Assembly (NCBI GenBank): GCA_964429795.1
Contig: CAYSCW010000009.1
Location: 12,756 to 76,755, forward strand
Source of the DNA: an uncultured Eubacteriales bacterium
GTDB taxonomy: Bacteria > Acidobacteriota > Aminicenantia > Aminicenantales > Aminicenantaceae
Length of the DNA: 64,000 nucleotides
Direction: 5' to 3'
In this document: positions 1-7,326 of the stretch, one piece after another
Layout: each line of letters begins with the position of its first letter
How positions within the stretch are numbered: position 1 is the stretch's first letter
Made by a program: the position numbers and the translations under genes
The notes under the pieces: generated by a model
Told to the model about the DNA's origin: nothing
Databases searched by the model: none
What the model saw: only the letters and a program-made list of their open reading frames with translations

Positions 1-1210
1 CAAAGACAAGGTCATAAGGCGCGAAATTCTTCTCAGAGAAGGAGATCGGTTTAGCTTGGCATTGTTCAAAAACAGCATTTTGCGGCTCAGACAATTGGGG
101 CTTGTAGAGTTGGAGAAAGAACCTGAGATAATGCCTAATCCTGAGAATCCTTCTCAGATTGATGTTGCCGTAAACGTCAAAGAGCTTCAGAGAAACAATA
201 TTCAGTTTTCAGCCGGATACAGTGGCTATGAGGGAACTTATGTGTCTTTGAGTTATTCAACGGTCAATTTTTTGGGGGCGGGAGAAAACCTGGAACTCAT
301 GGCTCAATACGGAAAGAGGATCAAGAACTACCTATTCGGATTCAACGAACCATATTTTCTTGATTTTCCAATAAGCCTTGGTTTTCAAGTTTATAATCGT
401 TATCTTTATTACACTGGTCTTTACATCCAGAAAAGCCGGGGGATTAATTTTAGTTTTGGGGCTCGAATCAAGGGATTCTGGAGGACAAGCATAACATACG
501 GATTCGAATACCTGGATATCGGTCCTGTTGAGGCAGAAGATGAAGAGTTGAGCTATGTCTACAATCCTTATTATTACGGGAGTTCCTACGGATATGGGAA
601 TTATTTTGTCGGTAGTCTCTCTCCGGTCATATACAGAACCACAGTGGATAGTCCGTTGACCCCTTCCAGAGGCACAATGTATCTGGTGGGCTGTAAATTG
701 GCTGGGGGAATCATGGGAGGCGAGATCAGCCTGATCAAACCTCAATTCGAGTGGAAATTCTTCCACCCCATAATCAAGAATCATGTGATCGGCCTTCATC
801 TTGAGTATCAATTCATAAAGCCTTTAGGCAATTCAGATGTGCCTTTCTGGGAGAGATTCTACCTGGGCGGAGAAAGATCCATTCGGGGCTACGACATCTA
901 CTCCATCGGACCCCGAAGCGATGAGGGGGTAAACCAAGGGGGCCAAAAGTCCATCGTGTTTAACGCCGAATACATCATTCCGCTGGGAGGTTTTTTATAT
1001 CCTATTCTATTCTGGGATGTAGGCAATGCATATGCTGAGGATGAAAGTGTGAGTTTAAAAAATCTCTATTCTTCTGCCGGTCTGGAGATAAGAGTGTTTG
1101 TTCCCGCATTACGCGTTCCCTTCAGGCTTATTTTTGCCTATAACAGTCGGAAGATCTACAAAGATGATTCCAGCTTTGCTTTTAGGTTTGCCATCGGAAC
1201 CACTTTTTGA
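1..1210 (+). CDS. bamA: Outer membrane protein assembly factor BamA, C-terminal POTRA5 + Omp85 barrel; 5' end lies outside the window
   Basis: The reading frame is open from position 2 and the listed ORF begins at an internal TTG. Omp85-type barrel with a POTRA5-like 'REILLREGDRF' segment and an aromatic C-terminus (…AIGTTF). Confidence 0.8.
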   Translation, partial: KDKVIRREILLREGDRFSLALFKNSILRLRQLGLVELEKEPEIMPNPENPSQIDVAVNVKELQRNNIQFSAGYSGYEGTYVSLSYSTVNFLGAGENLELMAQYGKRIKNYLFGFNEPYFLDFPISLGFQVYNRYLYYTGLYIQKSRGINFSFGARIKGFWRTSITYGFEYLDIGPVEAEDEELSYVYNPYYYGSSYGYGNYFVGSLSPVIYRTTVDSPLTPSRGTMYLVGCKLAGGIMGGEISLIKPQFEWKFFHPIIKNHVIGLHLEYQFIKPLGNSDVPFWERFYLGGERSIRGYDIYSIGPRSDEGVNQGGQKSIVFNAEYIIPLGGFLYPILFWDVGNAYAEDESVSLKNLYSSAGLEIRVFVPALRVPFRLIFAYNSRKIYKDDSSFAFRFAIGTTF

Positions 1211-1363
1211 GTCATGATTTACCATTCCTTACGATGATTGGATGGGAAAATCGACTTTCAGAAAATCGGAACATGCCCTCAATTTCCCTTCTTATGAATA
1301 GTGCGGGTTAGTAATATTATTGGAAACAGTATTATCGGGAATGGATCGGCCAATCAGGGCTGT

Positions 1364-2881
1364 TTATTTGTTCTGTTTTTTATCCTCAACGGAAAAAGGC
1401 CGAAAAAGGGTGGGATCAAAATCTAAATCGATAATTAGACTATTCAATGATTTTTCTCTGTATCGAGGAAGATCTTTTTCAATTACCGCTAAAATTTCCT
1501 TCAGCTCCGGGCTGGCGAAATATTTGAAAATTCCAATAAGCTGCTGATAGTTTCTGAAATCTTCATCTGAGAGATATTTCTCTCGAATATTATCCTTTCC
1601 TTTCAGGCATAATTCCTGGCAAAACTGAACGATCGGTTTAATACACTCAGCAGCAAGCCAAAGGGCACGGGGATTTTCCGCAAGAATAGCATGGATTTCA
1701 GGAGCATGTTTGTAATAAAACCTCACTAGATTGTTTCCTCTGAGTGTTTTCTTCAGGATATTGTCTCTCGTATATCTGACATACTCTAGCTTTTTTAGCT
1801 GGACTGCCCCGGATAGTTTGGCGGGCTCAATAAACGGACAAATGCCTTCCTCATCATCTTCAGGAGGGGGCTCTACAGGAGGATATACCCCCGCAATGAA
1901 ATCCTTATACGTGTAATAGGCTTTTTTGGGTGTGTAATTACTAGAAACGATACCAAACTGGGGGGCATCCTGCCCTGCGTCATCAATGATCTGGTAGAAG
2001 AATATCTTATTGATGGAAGGCTTATATTCAAGGTTTTGAAGAAATTCAAGATAGTAGTCAGACTGTGTGTCTTCCGAAACATCCTTTGTATTCCAGCCTG
2101 TTTCTGTGATCCAGAAAGGCTTGTTGTCAACTCCTTCCTCCTCGAGGACCTTGAAGACCGAAGGGATTAAAGGAGCTTGATCCTTCTCCAGCTTGTCAAA
2201 GATTCCTGATGGTCCTGAGCTGTCATATATATGATGGGAAATAACATCCAGATGTTCTTTTCCTCCTTTCCTGAATATCTGTCTCATCCAGATATTCCAC
2301 TTGGAGTTTCTTGAGTGCAGATGAGCCAGGTCAGGACCGACAATTTTGCACGAAGGATCAAATGTTTTGGCTGTTTCAGCGCCGGGGATTAAAATGAGAT
2401 TCATGTAGTCGTCGACCGTTCCTTTCCAGAATTCTTCGAGATTAGCCTCATTCCACATTGACCAGTATTTAATTTTGTTCTGAAAACGGGAGACGACTTC
2501 CTTGATGAAATTCGTCCAGTAGATTTTGTCTGATGGGGGATCGTTCGTTTCACCGCCCGTGCTGGCCCAGGACGGAGTCCCGTGGATATTAGCCAGGATA
2601 CAAAGGCCCTTTGCCCTGGCTTCATCCACCCGGTTATCCAGTACGCTCCAGTTGTAATGACCTTCACTCGTTTCGATTTGAGACCAGTCGAAATCCACTC
2701 TTATCCATTTTATTCCGGCGTCTTGAATCAGCTGGAGGACGGTGGAGTCCGGGACATGGGTATTTATTCCATATGGAGAAGGACATGTCTGGCTCAGAGA
2801 TGACATACAGAATACACTCAAAGTGAATGTCCAGAGACACAAAAAAACTTTGGGATTGAACAATCTTTTTCGTTTCATCAT
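1364..2881 (-). CDS. Secreted glycoside hydrolase, clan GH-A (GH5/GH39-like) with a C-terminal ~150-aa domain of unknown function
   Basis: N-terminal signal peptide. 'WNEANLEEF' fits the acid/base glutamate motif (NEP-like) and 'ITETGW' the nucleophile glutamate motif of clan GH-A. The helical C-terminal extension is not recognised. Confidence 0.6.
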   Translation of the reverse strand: MMKRKRLFNPKVFLCLWTFTLSVFCMSSLSQTCPSPYGINTHVPDSTVLQLIQDAGIKWIRVDFDWSQIETSEGHYNWSVLDNRVDEARAKGLCILANIHGTPSWASTGGETNDPPSDKIYWTNFIKEVVSRFQNKIKYWSMWNEANLEEFWKGTVDDYMNLILIPGAETAKTFDPSCKIVGPDLAHLHSRNSKWNIWMRQIFRKGGKEHLDVISHHIYDSSGPSGIFDKLEKDQAPLIPSVFKVLEEEGVDNKPFWITETGWNTKDVSEDTQSDYYLEFLQNLEYKPSINKIFFYQIIDDAGQDAPQFGIVSSNYTPKKAYYTYKDFIAGVYPPVEPPPEDDEEGICPFIEPAKLSGAVQLKKLEYVRYTRDNILKKTLRGNNLVRFYYKHAPEIHAILAENPRALWLAAECIKPIVQFCQELCLKGKDNIREKYLSDEDFRNYQQLIGIFKYFASPELKEILAVIEKDLPRYREKSLNSLIIDLDFDPTLFRPFSVEDKKQNK

Positions 2882-3092
2882 TAAAAAATTTACAGGGGAT
2901 GTCTCTTTATCTTCTTTGAAAAAATCAATTATTCAAAATTTCCGCAGAAAGATTTAACACAAGAAAAGTATCGTGTCAATAAAAACAGGCTCTTTGGTGT
3001 CTTTCACGCCTAAATCCAAAGTTAAGCTTTGACAACTTTACATGCAGTGTTATAAACTTGCCTAGAAAAAAATACGTTATGGGTACAGAGCA

Positions 3093-3902
3093 ATGAAAGC
3101 CAGATTCCCGTTGAAAATTCTATCACCTTTCCTGCTGTTGTTTTTCATTTCAATAACAGCTTTTCATGCTGAAGGGCGTGTAGAATTGGGATTCCATTAT
3201 GGGAGGTGGCATTTCAACCTAGTCAAGGCATTCTTTGAGGATACCGTTGGAGATTCGCTTCAGAAATATATTTTGGAAGGGGTTCATGAAGATTATCCTG
3301 AATTAGAGGAGGAAGGCTACTCTCAATCAATCGGCTATGATTCATCAGGCCAAAATTTCGGTGTCGAGATCAGATTATACCCTGGCGGAAGGAATACGGG
3401 TTTCAGCATCGGGCTCTCTGTTGAAAAAACAACAATGAAAGTCAGTTTGACACAGCTGGCTACGCGTATAGAACTTCCAGATGGTACTGTTTACGAGGGG
3501 AACTTCAGGGGCGACTTTTTATTCAAGCCCCTGTCTCTCCATCTCAGTCTCCGATGGGATCTCTTCCCAAGCTGGAAATTCCATCCCTATTTCTCTCTGG
3601 GTGTTGGTGCAGCTAAGGGGGTTGATTTCGAAAATGCCACGGTTGATTATGATTTCAATTCCAAACTTACCATTGATGGGGAGCTTTTTGAACACTATGA
3701 GGCAGAAGGTAAAGAGACAATTGAAACGCTCAATGAAGAACTCAATAAAGTAGACAAAGAGCAAAATCTTCCAAAACTTTTTCCGATTATCCAATTCAAC
3801 CTTGGTGCTAAAATGGAGTTGACGGAAAAGCTAGCTTTATTTGCTGACTTTGGAATATGGAACGGATTACTTTTTCGCGGAGGAATAGCCTTCCTTTTTT
3901 GA
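3093..3902 (+). CDS. Hypothetical outer-membrane beta-barrel protein
   Basis: Signal peptide MKARFPLKILSPFLLLFFISITAFHA; alternating aromatic/hydrophobic pattern; C-terminal …GIAFLF ending in Phe. Confidence 0.45.
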   Translation: MKARFPLKILSPFLLLFFISITAFHAEGRVELGFHYGRWHFNLVKAFFEDTVGDSLQKYILEGVHEDYPELEEEGYSQSIGYDSSGQNFGVEIRLYPGGRNTGFSIGLSVEKTTMKVSLTQLATRIELPDGTVYEGNFRGDFLFKPLSLHLSLRWDLFPSWKFHPYFSLGVGAAKGVDFENATVDYDFNSKLTIDGELFEHYEAEGKETIETLNEELNKVDKEQNLPKLFPIIQFNLGAKMELTEKLALFADFGIWNGLLFRGGIAFLF

Positions 3903-4044
3903 ATCCTCCAGTCTTACCGCACATGTTTTATAGCATCTCCCTGGCACAGGATCTGCCAGAATTCCAATTCAAACTCAAATAACTATTTCTTAGCCCTTGT
4001 TGACTACCATAAAATTACTTTAGCAAGACTATGGAGGACATGTT

Positions 4045-4827
4045 ATGGAAAATAAACAGAAAAAGGGATTAGTGCCGTATGATATGGTATCTCCAGGCTT
4101 TGAGGCTATGTACACGGGTGAGAAGTCTTCCTCTCCAGTTGAAAAAACGGAAATAATCACGACTCTTACTACAGATAAAGCGGGTAACATCATAAGAAAA
4201 TGGTCTGTATTTCCATGGACATGGCCCGGCCAAGAAAAAGACTGGGATGATAACATCAAATATATCAACAAAATGCAGCTCAAACTAGGGCATCTGGATG
4301 AAAATTTCCGTCAGATTCGCGCTCACATTGCCAGCCTTGTGCCATGTGATAGCGGATTTCCTGTTACTGTTGACGAGTTGTTAAACGCCATCGGCCGGGG
4401 AAAATTAGCTGAGCCCTCATTTCGCATTATCGAAGGCTGGATTCACGGTATTGGCACCGGAAAATTAGCCATACAAACCCGAAAAGCCGGAACAGAGAGG
4501 GAAAGACTCGGACATTTACTGTTCGGCTATGTGCTGGGACTCGACAAGTGGCTATTGGGCTTGCCGATGCAGTTTTTCATCCTGGATTTAGGACATATAA
4601 ACCTGGGGTTTGACCCAAAAAACGAGATACTCCGCGTTTACGCTTATCTCGGTGAAGATAGAACGCCTGTGAAAGAATGGCTTGCTGCCTGTTTATGGAA
4701 CAACCTTACTTATAACCCTATAGGGGGTAATCCCGGCGGTCTTGTACGCCATAAGGATCTTCTTGATCTTGCTGCCCAGGTCGGCATCAGCGTGCGTGAA
4801 TGGATGGATTCTGCTAAAAAACATTGA
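4045..4827 (+). CDS. Hypothetical protein (260 aa), no recognisable domain
   Basis: Clean ORF with start context 'atggaggacatgttATG'; no signal peptide; no motif I can assign. Confidence 0.4.
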   Translation: MENKQKKGLVPYDMVSPGFEAMYTGEKSSSPVEKTEIITTLTTDKAGNIIRKWSVFPWTWPGQEKDWDDNIKYINKMQLKLGHLDENFRQIRAHIASLVPCDSGFPVTVDELLNAIGRGKLAEPSFRIIEGWIHGIGTGKLAIQTRKAGTERERLGHLLFGYVLGLDKWLLGLPMQFFILDLGHINLGFDPKNEILRVYAYLGEDRTPVKEWLAACLWNNLTYNPIGGNPGGLVRHKDLLDLAAQVGISVREWMDSAKKH

Positions 4828-4992
4828 TTTAAACAAAGCCAAATCAAGGATTTGTTCATAGAGAAAAGTGAGTTAGCGCGAATTTCTGCTCAGAACCTGA
4901 GGGTGACGAATAGATTGAAGGTCAGTCCCATGTAGAGCGATTGAGTTTAACACTTGCCTTGAATAACAGTTTTTTCGGAAAGCTGGAAAGAC

Positions 4993-5673
4993 TTAGTCCC
5001 TCTTTCTCCTGGGCGGAGGGAACATTCCTCTTTCAAATCTTTTGTGTCTTTCCTCCTTGTAGTTATCGTATAATTTCTTCTGCTCATCGGTTAATATCTC
5101 TTTAATAGCCTGGTCTACCTTCTCTTCGGACTCCAGCATAGGTCTCCATTTCTCTCTAGCTCTATCCATTTCTTCTCGTACTTTTCTGACTTGTTCCCTC
5201 ATTTCTTCGAGGATTTGTCTGATCTGTAATGTTTGTTCCTCAGTCAACTCTAGCGCTTCTTTCATTGCCCTGAGTTCCCCCTCTAAGTCGTCCGCTATCA
5301 AGAAGCGAAACGGCCCCATGGGGGGAGGGCCGGGCAGGCCTCTTTCAAGACGCTTTTTCTGTTCAGGGGTTAGAAGGGGGTCCAATTCTGCTCTCAGCGA
5401 GTCAAAGGCTGATTGCAATTCTACACTGAAATTGGCACGGATATCTTCGATACGTTTGGCATGTTTATTGAGGACTTTTCTAATCTCCTTTGATTGAACG
5501 GGATCAGCTCCGATCCTTTCCTCGATAAAAGGGACAAAAACATCCGGAGTTCTTTTTGACATGATATTTCTGATACGCTTTTGAACGAGAGCCCTGTTCA
5601 GCATCGCTCCGATGATGATTCCGAGAATAAGTGTTGCGATGATAACAAAGGTCATTTTCAGTTTTATGTTCAT
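4993..5673 (-). CDS. Periplasmic LTXXQ-motif protein (Spy/CpxP-like)
   Basis: Three LTxxQ motifs (LTPEQKKRL, LTEEQTLQI, LTDEQKKLY) and an N-terminal TM/signal helix. Start placed at MNIKLKM, which has a GGAG RBS; the upstream Met of the listed ORF overlaps the anti-sigma gene. Confidence 0.6.
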   Translation of the reverse strand: MNIKLKMTFVIIATLILGIIIGAMLNRALVQKRIRNIMSKRTPDVFVPFIEERIGADPVQSKEIRKVLNKHAKRIEDIRANFSVELQSAFDSLRAELDPLLTPEQKKRLERGLPGPPPMGPFRFLIADDLEGELRAMKEALELTEEQTLQIRQILEEMREQVRKVREEMDRAREKWRPMLESEEKVDQAIKEILTDEQKKLYDNYKEERHKRFERGMFPPPRRKRD

Positions 5674-5686
5674 CTTCTTTCTCCGA

Positions 5687-6118
5687 CTAAAATAAGGGGA
5701 TAGGAAGAATTTCTTCAAAAGTTAATTCGGACACATAAAACGCCTCATTCATGGTGAAGCTCTCCCCTATACTCAGATTGTATACAATCAGAACAATAAT
5801 GACGATGGCTGCGACGATGGCTAAACGTTGGAATACGGCTTTGAGCGGCTCAAACACAGAAACCATAGGCCCCCCCTTTTCTTCAGCCACAATCCGGTTC
5901 ATCACTCTCTCTGCAAAGAATGGTTTGTAGGAGCCATAAGCGCTTTCGGAAACAGCTTTGCGCATCGCTGCAATCTTTTCTTTTTCCCCTCTAAGCTCTT
6001 CAGATTTTTCTAGTGCTTTCTCTAGTTGATTCTGTTCCTTTTCTTTTAATTTTTCCTCAAAGGACCAATAAAGGAGCCTTAAGGCTTTTTTGTCCATATT
6101 CATCCCCTTTTTACTCAT
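5687..6118 (-). CDS. Membrane anti-sigma factor (putative)
   Basis: Directly downstream of the ECF sigma with an 8-nt overlap (ATGAGTAA: the sigma TAA stop sits inside the ATG AGT start) and a GGGGAG RBS. One C-terminal TM helix. Confidence 0.45.
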   Translation of the reverse strand: MSKKGMNMDKKALRLLYWSFEEKLKEKEQNQLEKALEKSEELRGEKEKIAAMRKAVSESAYGSYKPFFAERVMNRIVAEEKGGPMVSVFEPLKAVFQRLAIVAAIVIIVLIVYNLSIGESFTMNEAFYVSELTFEEILPIPLF

Positions 6119-6671
6119 GTTTCTCCCCATATAATGGTGTCAATATTTCTTTAAGCTTCATTTGAGCCCGTGCCAGACGAGAAAGAACCGTCCCCACCGG
6201 AAGCTTCAGAATATCTGCTGTTTCCTGTGTCGAATACTGGTCGATCAGACGAAGCACCACAACCGCTCGAAACTTAGGCTCAAGCTTTTGAATGCCCTGT
6301 TGAACAATTTCTTTAATCTCCTTGTTTTTCCTTGAATTGTTTGTATCAGCAACGTTCTCGATTAATCCATCAGATTTTGAAAAGAAAAATTTTCGTCGTC
6401 GTATACGCCGCCTGAGTTCATTTATGGAAAGATTGATGGCGATCCGGGTGAGATAAGTCCCAACACTCGCTTCTCCTCTAAATTTATCCAGGGATTTATA
6501 GAATCGCATAAATGTCTCCTGCCCAATATCTTCTGCCTCAGCACATCTGCCTAACATGCCAATCACGGTTGCCGCCACCTGATGTTCATATCTCTCGATG
6601 ATCTTCTTAAAAGCGTTTTTATCCCCGTTTCTTGCATTTTTTAGCAGTTCCTGATCGTTCTGTTCTGTCAC
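6111..6671 (-). CDS. ECF-family RNA polymerase sigma factor (sigma-24 type)
   Basis: Sigma-70 region 2 (…ETFMRFYKSLDKF…TYLTRIAINLSINELRRR) and region 4 HTH (TADILKLPVGTVLSRLARAQMKLKE); GTG start. Confidence 0.85.
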   Translation of the reverse strand: MTEQNDQELLKNARNGDKNAFKKIIERYEHQVAATVIGMLGRCAEAEDIGQETFMRFYKSLDKFRGEASVGTYLTRIAINLSINELRRRIRRRKFFFSKSDGLIENVADTNNSRKNKEIKEIVQQGIQKLEPKFRAVVVLRLIDQYSTQETADILKLPVGTVLSRLARAQMKLKEILTPLYGEKHE

Positions 6672-6729
6672 GCTTTACCACAGCGGATTCTTGTCTTGGA
6701 AGATGATCTCTTTTTGTTTCTCTATTATT

Positions 6730-6761
6730 TTAGACAAGGAAATTATTCATTTTATTCCATC
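6730..6761 (-). promoter_or_regulatory. ECF-type promoter P1 (minus strand: GGAATAA-N16-GTCTAA) about 50 nt upstream of the sigma start
   Basis: Reverse complement reads GATGGAATAAAATGAATAATTTCCTTGTCTAA. A second copy lies at 7040-7071, and all 4 mismatches between them fall in the spacer. Confidence 0.5.
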
Positions 6762-6861
6762 ATATCATTTTAAATTATGTATATCGCCGACTACAAGAAA
6801 ATGTATGTTCTATTTCGCTATAGGTACTGAATGATATTATTCTGGCACAGCTTTGGAATAA

Positions 6862-7032
6862 TTTTATAAAAAAAGCCGGCTGTTGTCAGCGAAAGGGGGG
6901 TGTTAATAAGGGATATAGGAGGGGCGGCTCTCCCCAACCGGCAAAAGAGAGCCATCTTTTCGGTCATTCAGTTTTTGTATTATCATAGAAGTGACTCATT
7001 TTAACTTTAAGATTACTCCATCATTATCTATA
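6862..7032 (-). ncRNA. Candidate ECF-dependent small RNA or leader between promoter copies P2 and P1
   Basis: The region downstream of P2 has no ORF. It contains a 7-bp hairpin (GGCUCUC…GAGAGCC) and ends in GCCGGC followed by U7 at forward 6868-6874. Confidence 0.25.
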
Positions 7033-7039
7033 CTCTGTG

Positions 7040-7071
7040 TTAGACAAGGTAATAGTGCATTTTATTCCATC
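7040..7071 (-). promoter_or_regulatory. ECF-type promoter P2, an upstream copy of P1
   Basis: Reverse complement reads GATGGAATAAAATGCACTATTACCTTGTCTAA; the -35 and -10 boxes are identical to P1. Confidence 0.45.
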
Positions 7072-7326
7072 TAAGATGAGAATATTTAAATCGCAGCCCA
7101 GATTTTCCCTGAATGCCCCCAAGCCAGAAACCTCGGTTTCGATAAATGAGGATTATGATACACAGCTCTGGCCTTTACAGTGGACATTCAAGAAGATTTG
7201 ATAGAAAATGAGGCTTGAGATAGAATTGAAAATCACATTTATGTCTCAAACATCCACCAACTTTGGGCCAAAGCCGAAAACTTAAATCTGTTGATAAATT
7301 TAATAACAACAAAGTAAGGAGGAAGA

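Noticed and set aside
332-811. 159-aa minus-strand ORF inside the bamA coding region
   Set aside because: It is fully antisense to a well-supported conserved gene and has no RBS or domain; antisense ORF artefact.
3940-3965. CTGGCA…TGCCAG 6-bp palindrome after the barrel gene as a terminator
   Set aside because: No U-tract follows, so it is at best a weak or Rho-dependent stop signal.
7100-7326. Possible ECF-type promoter for the S46 peptidase (GTCTCA preceded by GAATTG)
   Set aside because: The -35 match to GGAATAA is poor (only GAAT shared) and the spacing is ambiguous. Not comparable to the three clear GGAATAA-N15/16-GTCTAA instances.
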